From assembly GCF_009914755.1 (NCBI RefSeq), contig NC_060925.1: a stretch of 64,000 bases of DNA; one strand, given 5' to 3'. Positions within the stretch are counted from its first letter, which is position 1, and each line of letters starts with the position of its first letter. The DNA comes from the human T2T-CHM13v2.0 reference genome, Homo sapiens. The position numbers and the translations under genes are program-made. Under the pieces are notes generated by a model. It was not told the DNA's origin. It made no database searches and saw nothing but the letters and a program-made list of their open reading frames with translations. This document shows, one piece after another, positions 44,730 to 61,707 of this stretch.

Positions 44730-45270
44730 AGAAAGCATCTACTATCGGCAGGCACAAGCCCTGATGTCAGGGATACCGTAGTATACAGAATAAACTCCCT
44801 GTCCTCAGGAACCTTATTTCTATAAGAGAAAGGTGGCTAAAAAATTAATAAATAAAATAATTTAGGACAGTAATAAGCGATAAGTTCCATTGGAAACAAA
44901 ACCCAGTAATGTATAAAAAGCAATCATGAAGGCTGGGGGTGCAGGAGTGTACCTCAGATAGTGTCTAGGAAAGGCCTCCCTGAGGAGGTATGCTTTGAGC
45001 TACAATGTAAATGAACAAGTGTCATGAAGATATGAGGGAATAGCACCCCAGGCAGAGGAAACAACAAGTGTAAAAGCCTTGAAGTGGGAATTAGACTGGT
45101 ATTCCAGGTTCATATGGCTAGAGGTTATTAAGCAAGGACAGAGGCCAGGGAGGCAGGCTGGGGTTAGATCACAAGAGCCCATGATAAGGATCACAGCTCT
45201 AAGTAGGAGAGTAAACTGCTCAGCTGTTTTAAATAAGAAAAATGACACAGATTTATGTTTGAAAAAAGTC
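44730..45270 (-). mobile_element. L2 fragment
   Basis: GGAAAGGCCTCCCTGAGGAGGTATGCTTTGAGC...CCAGGCAGAGGAAACAACAAGTGTAAAAGCCTTGA. Confidence 0.65.
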
Positions 45271-46120
45271 AAGATTATGAAATGGTCCAGTGAGTAAAAA
45301 GGTTTTTCTTTTCTTTCTTATATAAGCTTATTCAAGTCATCCCTTTTTAGACTAGACTGAAGACATCCATTTTCCCAGCTCCCCAAAATGGCAATGATTT
45401 TATTCTAACCGCATCTAACCTTCCAGAAGCACTACTTGTAACATGTTGCCCCACTACTTTCTAACCTACAATGGCTGTCAGTTCTTACTTAGTTCTCAGA
45501 ACTTAGCCTCAGTTTGGCTCTCCTAAGAACCAGTTGGGAGGTCTGTGCAGTACCTTCACACAGTACCAAGTTTGACACTTTTTCTTCCAAGGACAAGCCA
45601 TTTCTTACTTTAACCAGTCTAGGCTCCCATGCTGGCCTTCCAGATCAGAGCTTACCTTACGTGCCCAGTATTACTCCCCACCACTTCCACTGCATTCTCT
45701 GCCCAGTTTATGCCCTCTTTCCTGAACAGATCGTCATTGAACTCAGTTCCATTCCTCCATGCATGTCTGTGCTTCCACTGATTTCTGCCTTCCTCATTAC
45801 TATCTAAATTCTACCCATTCCTTCAAGGCCCAGTTCACCTCTTGCCTCACCCAGAAAGCTTCCCCTGGAGGGTTCTGGTCCTCACAGGGCCACCCCCCCA
45901 CCCATCCTTGTAACACTCATGACTCTCAATTCAGCACTACAGGGTCTTCTAGCTCTCTGCTTTTTCACTTTTAAGTTCCTGGGATATGGAAAACATTTCG
46001 TCTTTTCTGAGTATTGGAAGCAATGCAGTTAAGCAGTTGAAAGCATGGATGCAGAAATCAGACAAATCTGGGTTTGAATACTAGCTCCACCATTGACTAT
46101 CTCTGTATCTTCTTTGTGCT

Positions 46121-46519
46121 TGATACAGTTTGGCTATTTTGTCCCTTCCAAATCTCACGTTGAAACATAATCCCCAATGTTGAAGGTGGGGCCTACTGGG
46201 AGGTGTTCAGGTTATGGGGGCAGATCTCTCATGAATAGCTTGGTGCCCACCCACAGTAATGAGTGAGTTCTCGCTACCATGTGAGCTGGTTGTTTGAAAG
46301 AGACTGACATCTCTCTTGCTCCCTCCTCTCTTGCCATGTTACATACCTGCTCCCTCTTCACCTTCAGCCACGAAAGTTTTTTGGGCCCTCACCAGAAGCA
46401 GATGTTGGCTCTAAACTTCTTGTACAATCTGCAAAGCTATTAGCCAAATAAACCTTTTTTCTTTATAAATTATTCAGCCTCAGGTATTCCTTTAGAGCAA
46501 TGCAAAACAGACTAACATA
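46121..46519 (+). mobile_element. MST-family (ERVL-MaLR) solo LTR
   Basis: TGATACAGTTTGG...CCAAATCTCACGTTGAAA...AATAAACC...CAGCCTCAGGTATTCCTTTA...AAACAGACTAA. Confidence 0.85.
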
Positions 46520-49358
46520 CTTCTTTTAAAAAACTATAGCACTGAAGGCATAAGGAGAAGTGATCCACTAAAGGTAAAATAAACAATATATGTGAGCAAA
46601 AACTCAATTTTAATACAGTTCCACTAATATTTGTCGAGAAACTACTGTCAGCATTGTCCCCTACTAGGCACTGCATGAAAACTAAGCACAAATAAAACAA
46701 ACAATCTCTGTCCTCATGGTCCTTACAATCTAATGAGAAGTTGGGAGTAGGGGCAGAGAGAATGTGACCTACCCAAATGACTCTAAGATAAATACAAACA
46801 AAATAAAAATTGCCAATATATACCCTTGGCATACCCTCTTAATACCAATCTTGGAATCACTCCAAAAAGAACTTTTAAGAAATACAATAGGAACCCTTGA
46901 TGTTTAGCACTAACTGTAACTCAATCCAGACAAGGCTCTTTTATTTATTCAGGTTTATCAGCCCCAATTATACATCAAAACTGCCAACAACAGAACAAGC
47001 TGCCATTGATTTTAACCAGTTCCAGCGCCTCAGAAATTTATTCATTTAAGGATAAGGCTAAGGTATCCAGACTTGATGGACTCTTCCTTAAAATTTCCTC
47101 TAGGCATTTACCTAGGTTTTCCAATGCTTTTCAATATCATACCAGCTACATATCACTGGCTTAAAAGCCTCCCTTTGTTTTAGGAATCTCTAACATGAGT
47201 AATTAAGTCTGTACTTCAGCCAGTGTAATCTGAGCAGCCTTCAATGTGTTTTACTTGTTGCATTAACATGTAATCGTTTTAAACTGGCATTACTTGTTGC
47301 TTTGTAGCTTCTTCAAATAAGCCTCTGTCGTCTATCTCACATGATTTTTTTCATATCCTTCTCCCTATCTGCAGTGTGGTATCTGTGCTTAGACCCACTG
47401 CTCAATCGGAAGGTATTTTAATGTCTTGACTGTCTGAGGCTCCTAAAATACATGAAGAGGAGTTATACAGGCTCTTTTAACTTTTTCTTCAATGTTTATG
47501 CAAATTTCAAGTAGCAATATTTGAGAGATGAAGTCTGAGTTTACGCCCTAGGATCTTGGCTGTGGTTGGCTGCTGTTGATTCTGGCACATGGCCTCTGGA
47601 AGAGGCTCAGTAAAATGAACAAAGCAAAGTTTTCTAAAATGACTGCCTGCATTATTACCAAAAATAGGAGAATTGAGGGCAGACAAAGAGACATCAGGGA
47701 TTTGCAATAATTCTCATAGCGCCCTGCAATTTCAAACAAAACTTTCTCTAAATTTTGTATTCCATTTTTTGGGACCAAGCCATGAAAAAAAAATCCAAAC
47801 AAACAGAAGAAGTGCGGAAGCTTCAAATCCCAAGTGGTACATTTAAATAAAAACGAAGCGGAGAAACATGTCTTCCTCCTTGAAATTTGTCTTGATTAAA
47901 AGGAAAAAAAAAAACCAAAAAAAAGCAATAAGAGATAAATCGATTTTGTTTTCCTAATAGTGTTCCAAGGATTTATGTGCTCTTTACAGATATTATCATA
48001 TAGAAAGTGTGTTTTCTACCTAAGAGATGCTAGTATCAGATCCAGATATTAAGAACTGGGCTATAGGGTCATAGCAAATTATTACTGCTTTTCAAAAACT
48101 GAAAATATACCTTAAGAAAATATAATCAACGATAACAACTTATAAATGAATATTTTTTGTATTACTAACAGACTTTTCATACTATAAAAAAATCATTCCA
48201 GTTAGCTGATAAATCTAGAATAATTTTTGGTTTTAAAAATTCCAATTTTGTTCTATTTTATAATATTGAACTCATTGCAAAAAAAATTCATCAGTGTTTG
48301 CTGTGCTATATTGAAATCTACTATACACTGTGTAGTTTTTCCTTTTATTTTTCTCTTATTAAAGACTTCAGAAAAAAATTCAATTTATGCATGGGTTAAA
48401 TTTCAATACCTGGATCTTGGAGATGAGACTAATGCATTCAGCTCTTCTACATGAAATATAAGGTTTGAAAAATCCACAAATACTTACAAATTAGGATGTA
48501 GCCAATTTGCTAATAATGATCACCTCTATACCCATGTACATTCTTTTACCTGAAAAATATTTTACCTCCTTTTCCTTTTTCTCTATCTTGCTAAATTCCT
48601 ACTATATTTCAAATCACAGATAAAGCATTATTTTCCTGAAGAAGCTCTCAGAGACCCACTGATACAGATGTTCCTCTTCTGTGCTCCCATTTTATCCTAG
48701 GTAGATGTATTATAAGTGCTGGCTCACTCATCTCTCTCTCTCCCACTTCTAGGCAAATTCCATAGAGGCAGTAACCACAATTGGCTCCTCTTTGTACACC
48801 TGGGACCTAAGAAGATGCCTGGACCACAGCAGGTACTCAATACTCAATAAGATATTCAATAAACTAAATATCTATAATTAAGACAAAACCTATGAATAAA
48901 CCCAACCTTCAGCTTGCATGTTTATGTGTGGAATTTCACTTTGTGTAACAAATTAGAAAAGTAAAATAAGAAAGAAAAAAATGCTGCAAATTTCCAGGCC
49001 TTTAACAAGGATGAAAAGTTGAGAAAGTAGAATTGTACTTTTCTAATCTTTGCAAAACTAAAACAGTTTTGAAAGTTCCTTTCTTACCATTTGTTTGAAT
49101 GAAGATACACTCTCCACTCTTAGCCTCCTATAAATCTTAAGCCATGTGTATTATGGTAAAAACTAGCTGAAATAGGTTGAATGGAAGCCAAAATAATTTA
49201 CATCTAAATGAAAAACATAGAAAACAGAGTAATAAAAAAATTCCAACTGAATGGGAAAATTCATTGTATAGTATTATCTTCCCCATGAGTAGGTTCACTA
49301 ATACACATCGGCAGAACAATAAGCACCAACGAGATCCAAATGACACTGACCAACATGA

Positions 49359-49919
<561 letters not shown>

Positions 49920-50673
49920 TTAAAGCTTTCTAAAGATTATTTTGTTAAATACAGCTTAGTTTTTTTAAGTCCTTAATTTTAAGTACATGCTTTTAAGTAC
50001 ACTTGCTGGAAAAAAATTTATAAATATATATAATCTTCTTGCTATACACACAAAAGAAACAACATATTCTTTTAGCTTAAATTGCTCAGGACACTTTTTA
50101 AATGGAGTACACAATTTCTCATGTTTGTTAATTTAGAGGTAGACACCCAAACAGAATGAATAACAAAATTATGTTAAAAATGAAAATGGAAAAACCTAAG
50201 ATTGCTACATATTATTATATAAAATCATGGATACTTCCTAAAACAAAACAGGGAAAATCCAAAGAACAACCTCAGATTTCCCTACATGCATCCTTCCTCA
50301 TAGCCTTTTTAAAACATCCTTGGGTGGTAGCAATGAAGGCTACTCACAAGGATGGGGACAGAGGTCATCAGGGATACCATAATCAATGTACTGTGCAAAA
50401 ATAGTGCAGAGGAGATTGGTTAGTCCTACATAAAGTCCAACTACATGTATGGCTAACTATTCTCAAGTCAGGGTTCGCAGAAGCTAAGGTCCTAACATTT
50501 GGATTATTTTTATATTATTATCTGGATCAAATAATATGCCTTCAGCCAAAATCAAACTCTGTTCACCTGTGAATAGTATTCCTGTACCCAAATTCCTGTA
50601 CACATCACTGAGAATTGTCTAAACCCAAGTGCCTCAAAAGGTCCTAAACCCTTGACTCATAGCCAGGATATTT

Positions 50674-50797
50674 CTTTTTTTTTATTATTATACTTTAAGT
50701 TTTAGGGTACATGTGCACAACGTGCAGGTTTGTTACATATGTATACATGTGCCATGTTGGTGTGCTGCACCCATTAACTCGTCATTTAACATTAGGT
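50674..50797 (-). mobile_element. Very short young L1PA 3' end
   Basis: TTATTATACTTTAAGTTTTAGGGTACATGTGCACAACGTGCAGG...CATTTAACATTAGGT. Confidence 0.9.
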
Positions 50798-50988
50798 TCT
50801 AATAAGCTCAGAAACTAGCACTGTGAGGGAAATATCTAAATATGGAGATTATAAATGCCTATCATTGCCATTTCCAGAGAACACACCTGAGGCCAAAAAC
50901 CTTGGAACAGAGGAAAGCAGATAATAGAAAAATATCAAATCTTTATTAAATACCAAAGGGAGAAGAAAACATAAAATATAGCCCTAAA

Positions 50989-51336
<348 letters not shown>

Positions 51337-52057
51337 TTATTTTATTCTCCCTTGCTTTGTTTCTTCAGACATACAACTATGTCCCACATCAACACAACTT
51401 GGGTCTCCTGGTCAACAGAAAAAAATAATAATGTGTACTTAATGATATTTGATGAGGAGCTGATAATCTCAATGTCCAAATCAGTTCCTCTTAAAAACGC
51501 CAGTCCTCCAACTCCATCAGCCTTTTGATTACTCATATTCTTTCTTTATTGTAAATGCAAGCAAGAATTTATCTTCAAGACTACTCAGATTTCTGCAGAG
51601 TTGTAGCAGTCATTTTAATAAAAAAGCAGCTCAACACACTAACAGTCACAATTTGGTTTGCAAGTGCTCACAATCATTCTATTTGCTCATCCAGTTGTTG
51701 CTGGAATGACAAAGACAGCAAAGACAGAAAATTTTGTATATATTAAGTGACCATATTGGAACTTAAAACTTTCCATGTTTGTGTCTTTAAGCACAGAAGA
51801 GAACTCTAGGTTTCTCCATTTGCAGCAACACCTAATTTGGCAAACTCAAAAAGTTACATTGTCTTTGATAAAGGCTTTCTTTGTTCTAGAGAGGTCAAAA
51901 GATTTCTCTCCAGCTTCAGCCTGAAGATCTCGGATCAAAAGAAACAATATAAATTCCAATATATTAAATTTTAAAATGGGGGGTAAGCCCTAGAAGGGGT
52001 ATTGGCTTTCTTGAGCCCAGTGCTTCCCTGATTCTCACAAATGAGTAATAAACTGCT

Positions 52058-52240
52058 AAAGAAAGAGAGAGAGAGAAAAGAAAGAAAAGAAAAGAAAAAA
52101 AAGAAAGAAAAAAAGAAAAGAGAGAGAGGAAGGGAAAGGGAAAGAGAGAGGAAGGAAGCAAAAGAAAGAAAGGAGAGAGAGAAAGGAAAGGAAAGGAAAG
52201 AAAAGGGAAAGAGAGAAAGAGCAAGCGAGCGAGCGAACGA
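52058..52240. repeat. Polypurine GA-rich low-complexity tract
   Basis: About 160 nt of almost pure A/G followed by (GAGC)n. Confidence 0.9.
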
Positions 52241-53499
52241 GCAGATGCCCTGGCCTACCTTCCATTTCATCTGCTTTGTTGCCACTCCTGTCTGGAAGCC
52301 TAAGGGAATTCCACCAGAAGACAGATTCTGGAGCTAGGCAACACCTAAGTGAGGTCTGCTCCACCTAGCTTCAGCCCAGCTATAATACCATGGTAAGTGC
52401 TTGAAAAATGTCAGCCAAGCTAAACTGTTAATGAGCAGGCCCAGTAGTTTTCTATCTTCCTCCGAGAGAGGATAACCAAGTCTTTAATTTCCCATAAGAC
52501 AAAAAGAAAATCTGCAAAATTACAGTTTATTCTAGTCTTTAATGGTAACAATGACCTGGCACAGGAGATATTTCCATCTCTTTTGTTTATCACTCTTAAA
52601 ATTCTCTCTTCAATAAAACTCCATTCTACTTTAGGGACATGGGAGTGACACTCATGTTGAACAAGAGGGACTTACAAAGGGAGTTTTACCAGTTTCACCA
52701 CTTCGGGCCCAGTGGGAATGTCCTTCCCATCATCACCTCATCACATTAACAAGATTAAGTCCTTTGGAAAACCAGTATAAAAGCAAGGAACCCTCAGTTC
52801 AAGCAAAGGGACAAAGGATTTAGTAAATGTGGTTATTAGTGTAGTGCTGGTGATTAAATAATATTTCTCCTCCTCCCCACTAAAGCACACATTACCTCAC
52901 TGAAAATATTAAAACCAATGCATTGTAATCACTTTGGCTATGAGCCTAAATATATGTTACCACATAAAGTTTCAAATACAAAGTTTTATATTAAAAAACA
53001 CTAAATCTAGTATCCTCCCCTCCCCCAATCCAATGTAATCTGGCTTTAAAATTGTTAAGAAGAACAAGTTTATAAATTTGAGCACAGTGAGTTTTTGTGT
53101 GTGCCCACCCACCTCCACGGAAAATACCCCAAAAGCAGCAACCTTCAGAAAATACAAGACTTTACTCTCAAGGAGTAACTCTAATGTGAGTTCCAGAAGA
53201 TAGCCAGCCATATCCTAAATCAGTTGGCTGGTCAGTTTCTTCAAGTAAAATGAGAGTAACAGGCACCTATGCTACCTGAAGATGAAGCTAATAGGGCATC
53301 ATGAAGAAAAGCAAGGCATCTGATAGTACTCCATAGAATATATTTAGGATTAACATCTCAGCTTCTAATAGGCAGGGATTTTCAGCTGATTTCCATCTAC
53401 ATTCCTCCACCCAAGCCTACAAAGCATTCTATGGCTTGTGTGAACACCTCAGCCAAACAAATCAGAAAGTCAGCTCACAACCCTCTATTTCTCACTCCT

Positions 53500-53690
53500 G
53501 AGAAGGCTGCTCATAAACAGTGATCTCATTTGATCCCCACAACAACACTATGAGGCATGTAAATTGGTATTAGCACCATTTTACACAAGAAACTGCAACT
53601 CAAAGAAATAAGGGGCTTGCCCAAAGTCACACAAATCAAGATGTCTGAACCAGGACCAGAGCACAAGTCTTTTACCTACTGACCCAACAT
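53500..53690 (-). mobile_element. MIR
   Basis: ATCTCATTTGATCCCCACAACAACACTATGAGG...CCATTTTACACAAGAAACTG...CTTGCCCAAAGTCACAC. Confidence 0.75.
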
Positions 53691-56600
53691 TCCTTTCACT
53701 CACTACATCTGTAAATACGCAGTTAGAAAAACCTGATATCCACCATAATCTGCAAACTTCCATAATATACATTTGTGACTACAACATTCTCAGGTAGGTA
53801 ACCACCCACATACCAGCTATGCACATCAAAAACATTTACACGAAAGATCAGCTAATGACCTGCTTATTAAAACAAAACCAGGACTTGCTTATCAAAAACA
53901 AAACCAGGGACAAGAGGGGCTGCCAATGCTGTATCTCAGAACTACCACTCATACACATGCCCTAATGACTAACACCCATTGACTAGCATCACCCCTACCT
54001 ACACAACAAAAGAACCCCACTTTTGAAAACCTGCCAACTCTAGGATTCAACATACTACACTATGCATTATTTCTCCAGGAAAAAAAAAAAACTACCCTAT
54101 GACTGAAATTGTTTAGAATTTTTTCTTTGTAAAATTGACACTGACAAGATACCATCTCTTCTCAATAATAGAGTAGCAACACAGGAGCACAAGGAAATTA
54201 TGGAGTTAGAGATGGAACCAGATCATAAGTATGATATACCCTATCTTGACAAGATTTTACTCTTAAAAATGATGGCCCTATTAAAAGTAGGTAACCCATC
54301 ATCATTTTATCCAAGTACCCATAATTCAATTGATTAGAAATAAATCCCTCCAAGAACACATCTGCAGTTAAGTTAGTGAAAACTGAACTACTGAACAGAG
54401 AAGCATGGCCTGCTGCTCAGAGAAGACGGGTCATCACTAATGTGGTAAACCAAAAATGCCATAAGAGATAAAGTATTTTCTTCATCTGGTCTGCTTCTCT
54501 CCAACTAAAGAAATCAACTCAGAGGGGGAAAAAAGACAAAAACTCACCTTCCCAAACCAACAAATAAACTATCCAGACACATACCCTTCATGATGTTGAA
54601 TCCCAATTTAGGAAACCTCAGACAGCTCAGAGCACTGTCTTATCCACAAGGCTGAGAATACAAGACTTTTGTCCTCCAAAATTAAAAGTATAAATTTTAT
54701 CACTAAGTTTGGTATACTGTCCCACAAAATGCCACCTTATTCCATGTCCATACCACTAAAGAACTATAGAAAATAATGACATATTAAAAAAGATCACTCC
54801 TCTGTTTTCCTTATGGCATTTTTATTATCTGACACATATAGCAAACGTGGATCTTGAAATGGGAGATAAATTAAAATAAAGTTTTAAACTATAATAAGTC
54901 TATAATAAATAATATACTCTATAAATAAATTATCAAAATTCAGGGTATTTGGTGATAGAAATCTAAGGAGGAAGTGAATTTTTGAAATGTCTCAGGCCAA
55001 AAGAAAACTAAAAGGCTATAATCAAGAAAGAAAGGAGATGGGCAACTTCTTTTTAGAGCCCCACTTCCGAAAGAACAGCTGTCTTTGCTCAGCTGTAGGA
55101 AAACCACAGGACTTGGAATAACTCACTTCATGTACTGTCCTTCTTATGTTAAAATGACACTGTTGACTCACCCTCAGTAGGATATGTGCTTGGTTAAACT
55201 TGTTTTTCCAGTAACAGTAATGAACTGAGTTACTCTACTATTGAAATGATTTGCACCCCCACAACTGAAAAAAATATTTGGAAACACCTACATATCTAGT
55301 ATGCATGTCCTTGAGTAGTAGGTCTGGTTTGACTATGCAGCCAGAGCTTTATCCTTCTTCAGAGTCTCTCCACAAATGATGATCAGTGTAACAAAAGAAT
55401 CTTTCACTGCATTTGCTCAGTGAATCATTGTCTTAGCTAATAGCTAATCCCCACAGTCCTGGGCTTCCAAAGTCTGAAATGAAATAAACTGTCTAATTTA
55501 TTTTTCTTACTTTTAGTTACATGTACTGCTCAAATTTGGGTGATACTGCAGAAGGCCCACACCAAATCCACAACCCTTGCATGCAGCAGTAGCATTCAAC
55601 AAGGTCCTGTAGGACACTCTGGTAGATTCCCCCTTCTACTGCTCTGTCATTTCTAGCTTACTTGCTAGTTAAGGTGGAAAGACTTTAAAAAAAAAAAAAA
55701 AAAAAAAAAAGGAGCCTTTACCAAGCCCTAACTCTAGCTTATGAACCAAACTAATCATCATATGGGTGGGAAGGCTTAATAACTTCAAACAAGGATTTTT
55801 ACTTATACCAACCCAGACAATGAAAGGGAGGGTTGTTAGTTCTCCTTAGATAAAAAACAGTATTCCCTCTTAAGGAGAGATACAACCTAATTCACATATA
55901 TCTTCTATCTTTATCTTTTCTACCTCAAGGATACAGTTTTTTAATTGAAAATTTTAACTCAAAAATTATTTTGCAAACGGATATTTGAAACGTGGGGAGT
56001 AAAAGATAAGCTACAAACAAAAGAACAAATATCTTAGACATTAAACTCTTCAATTTACATTCTGGACCAGTGGTCTGCAAAATTAGATGTGTGTATCCCA
56101 GAAGCACGGGAGGTGTAAGATCATCCACTGGGGCACTGGAAGAAATTTTAAAACATCTCCATATTTATGGGCTAAAAAACATATAATAAGCTTTACTTAG
56201 AGTTAACATATGCATACATGGTTTAATAGCCAGACATTTATATAATGTATAAATATGTATTTACTTGAGGAAGCGTTCATGCTTTAAAAATGTTTTTCTT
56301 GGGGTATACATTTTTTAAGGGTTTGAAGGGTCCTGCTTTACCCCCAGATTTCACAAAGTAGGATACATATGCGCTCAAGAGTATACAGTATGCCAGAAAA
56401 ATGCAAAGAAACTGGATAAACCTGGTATATCTTCCTGGCATCTCTATTTCACTCACTCTAGGGTAAGTGACATTCATTCTTCCCTATAATCAGGTGCTTT
56501 GGAAGACACCTCTGGCTAACATGTCATTAGGATAAAAGAGGCCACAAAATGATGGCCTGGATTCTGGGTTCTATGCCTGGCTCTCTATCTTCTAGCCATC

Positions 56601-57616
56601 TGACCAAGGGCCAATCACTTCGCACTTCCAGGCCTTTCCAGCTCCTTCCTACTCAAATTTTGCGATTCACAAGTTAAGTTTTTCATCCCATCTTTAGTTG
56701 CTTCATGGCCCTGCACATGTCATTCTTCTAATTAGAATGTAACAGCCACTCCTCTCCACCAATCTCAGCCTCCTTTCCGCTCTCCAATGAGGCCTTGACT
56801 TTGCATTCCCTCAGCTTCCCATGATCTGTTTATATGATGTGAAAGGGCACTTTCTGGAAGGCTCTGTAAGTGTTCTCAGGTTATTACCAGTGTCCCCCAG
56901 TACTTCTGGACAGACTGTAGAGCTCCTTTGGCTAAAGTGCTAGAGGCAGCATTCTGCATGGGGGACCAACATGTATTATCACCTCACCATGCTGAAAATC
57001 TACAGCCTGGCCCCTGATCCAAATCAGCAATATACTAATATTAAGGAAAAAGTAACAGAAACCAAAATCACCCACCTAATGAAGATATATGATCTAGCAA
57101 AAGAAAATGAGGCTGAGAACATCCACAGGTAAGCCAGGCTATGAGGAACATAGCTCTGAACTCAGCAGGAACAAAATGAGGAACCGGGGAGAGTACAGAG
57201 AAGTGTTAACTCACACTGGTAGGATGCCCCTTCTCACTCAAAACAGCTGAGTTCATATCCCAGGCATGGCCGCTGTATCAAAATAATTAGTAATTAAACA
57301 AGTTAATATATGCAACATGCTTACAGCTTGGCACTGTTAAGATTATTACCCTCTTTCCTTCAAGCACAGCAGAACACGAGAAATGTCACATCTTTATCTG
57401 CAGACTTTGGGGGATCCAAGGCAGAATTTTCACCTACTCAGAGCAGGCTGAGATTCAACTTCCCTTTTCAGGTTTCACCGACATCCCTGAAGGTTCCATA
57501 GCATATCTGCCATCATGTGGAAAGATAAAATTCAATTCCCAGGCATTCCCAGGTGCACTTCTAAGGAAGTGGTATGGTGTGAAGAATAAAGCAATGGACC
57601 AAGGGCTAAAAAGTCA

Positions 57617-58294
<678 letters not shown>

Positions 58295-58515
58295 GAAAAA
58301 TTACTTACCTTTCTAAGGCCTACAGTTTGTAATCTGTTTTTAAAAAGTGATTAGATGACATATAGTCCCATAGCCAAGAAAATAGTAGCTTACCAACATG
58401 TTTTACTGTGACCTACAGTGAGAAATATATCTTGTACCAGACCTCAATATTCACATATATACGTGCATAGCAAAAACAAAAATTTCAAGAAACAATGCTT
58501 GTCCATACTATGTGA

Positions 58516-59008
<493 letters not shown>

Positions 59009-59546
59009 TAACTAGCTGCATAATCTTGGGTAAACTACTAACCTTTCCAAAGTACATCTTTTAAATTAAGACTAATACACCAGGGTTTTTTCTAAGGATT
59101 AGATGAGATAATGTATGTAAAGCACTTAGCCACACTGTGTCTGACATAAAATACATACTCAATAAAAAGTTATAGTGATGACTAATAACATCAATATTAT
59201 TATTATTAAATTCAAGAATTCCAAAAGAAAGTAAATTAAGTGGAAGAAAGCTAGAAAGAGAAATAGGCTCACCTATAAGCATCAATAAACAGTAGGACTG
59301 TTGTCAGGTTAACCCAGGACTATGCTCACTGAAATTCTACAAACAAAGGGGTTTTGCTTACTTTCTTCACAATATCCCCTCGCAACTTAAGCAGTGCCCA
59401 GCACACAATAGGTACATATATTTGTTGAATGAATGAAAACATCTGGAGGCTCACCTCTATGCAGTGGAGGTGCTGTGAAGAGATCCCAGCAACGCCTGCA
59501 CAGCACCCCTGCCCAAAAATCCAAACACCTTGAGATTGCTGTAAGC

Positions 59547-59725
59547 CAGTGACTCTCAAAGTGTACTTTCCCAAACAGCAGCAGTATTACCTGGATGCTT
59601 TTTAGAAATGCAATCTACCAGGTCCCGCTCCAGACCTACCAGATCAGAAACTCTGGGGGTGAGCCCAGCAATCTGTATTCTAACAAGTCCTCCAAAACTT
59701 GATGTGCACTCAAGTTTGAAAACCA
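59547..59725. mobile_element. MER5A-type hAT element
   Basis: CAGTGACTCTCAAAGTG...TTAGAAATGCAA...TCAGAAACTCTGGGGGTGAGCCCAGCAATCTGTATTCTAACAAG. Confidence 0.8.
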
Positions 59726-61476
59726 GCATTACAAACTGATGATTTAGGGACCAATAGCAATTCCAGGGAGCTACATGTACAATCAAACGGACTCCTGCAA
59801 AGTTTATTGATTCTAGGAATTAGTTACTTACCTAGTTCAACCCAGACTTTTCAGAGTTAGCTGCAACTTCCAAGGAAGTTACCAAGAATTGCTTCTCCTC
59901 TCTGCTTCTCCTTAGTGCACCAATAAAGCCTAATTGCTGCAAACTCTCTGAAACAACCACTCTAATATTCAGCACAAAGCCTGATTGCTAAAAAAATGCA
60001 AAACCTATTTGTTAAATGATCTTTTATCTAAGCACATTCCCTGGGCTCACACTATCCATACCAGAACTTCTGGAATGCAGGCTTACGGTGTTTTTTCAAA
60101 CTCTACATTAGTTCTCAAAAAATGAACAAGGTCCCACAGCCAATCTGCATGCAGCAACTTTGCACCAAAGTTATAACAGTACTGATCTACCAATACCTTG
60201 CATTTCACTATTTGCCAAAACAACAAGACCTTATTTAGCATCAATTTTGTGTACATACACTTCAGAAAGAAGATAACCAGATATTAAAGATAACCAGATA
60301 TTAAAACTCCAAAGTTAAGGTTTGTAATGTGTTGATAAATCAAACAACACATATTTGTATCACTAGATTGAGCCCAGTAATTTCTATAGAACCTTAATTT
60401 CCCAAAAGGTACCTTAATCAGACTCTAGTCAAACACAACAAGATTTAGAAAAAACACACTGTTTTTTATCAAAAGGCAGGAAAATATAACTGTCTTCTTT
60501 CTAGTCTGGTAAAGGATTTCTAAATATACCTTCCAAGGGCAAAAGGGTGCCTTTGAAAAATAAGAAGATTCCTTATTTCTGTCAATAGAATAATGATCCA
60601 GTTATATACCAAAGAGCAGATAGAAGACCTGGCTTTGGAGTCATGTGACTCTGCATTAGATCTCATGGGGTCTCTGTCTCAGTCTCCACAAATAAAAACA
60701 TGGCCTTGTCTCTATAAAAGATACAATGTACATAGAAGTGTTTTGCAAACTATTATATATTATCTTCTCAACATGCAAATTTATCCCTGTGAACTGATTC
60801 TTTCCCTCCCACTCACAGTGGCCAAAATAATTTATATTAGAATGTGTCCATAGGTGGCTTAATAGCAGTTGTGACAAAAGTGTAAACTAGAAAAGATACT
60901 GAATATTTACACACACATAAAGCAGCATGAAGCCACAGAAGGCTTCAAATGACAAAGAAATGAATTAGAAAAATCACCCACAGTACACTGGCCCTTCCTG
61001 GTTTTGGCAAGGATTTCAGCCAGAAAGACATGGTATTTAAGAAGAAAAATTAATAAAAAGAAAACATAAAATGAATTCTTTCAGAACTTCACAAAAGGTT
61101 ATGTTTAAAAAGAAGTTTGGGAACAAGGGGATGCAGAGGGCTATGTTTTTTTCAGGTCTGACTTATCCTTTGCTATGGGTACACTGTCTTTTCATGTGGC
61201 CTCAAAGAAATAGTTGAGCCATTATTGTTGTTGATAATGACGAGCAGATGCTGATGGGATGATTGCACATCAACAGTTCTCAGACTCAGGTCTTGTGTAA
61301 TTGGGTGTGTCAATCTATGTCACTCCACAGATGGTTATTAAACTAGTTACAACTTCCCTAAATCTTTTCACTAGATCTATGCAGCATTCTGGACAGCTAT
61401 TCCTTGCCAACTGAGATTAGGCACTATTATAAAAAAAGTTTTGAAAAAACAATTCCAAGGTCTATTCCTCCTCCCA

Positions 61477-61511
61477 ACACACACACACACACACACACGC
61501 ACACACACACA
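61477..61511. repeat. (AC)n microsatellite
   Basis: CA run with one interruption. Confidence 0.9.
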
Positions 61512-61707
61512 GAGTTAAATCAGAGATACTTAATTCAGATATTCAAATTTTTTAATTTGAAATTTAAAATATTACCAAAGCCATAAATATTCCTTTAATG
61601 CAGTGAATGTAAGAAATCTATTAATTTCAACCTGTCTTGAATAAAAATTATAATACATATATAATTTTCTATGAAAAAATTGTATGTATTTTAGATAATC
61701 TATGTAC

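Noticed and set aside
51340-51935. Possible processed pseudogene in a unique-looking block
   Set aside because: No recognisable protein similarity, sustained ORF, poly(A) tail or TSD by eye.
51964-52364. Lys/Glu/Arg-rich and Phe/Ser/Leu-rich ORFs (also 10116-10355)
   Set aside because: Translations of GA-rich simple repeats.
60270-60304. 17-bp tandem duplication AAGATAACCAGATATTA
   Set aside because: Ordinary slippage duplication with only two copies.
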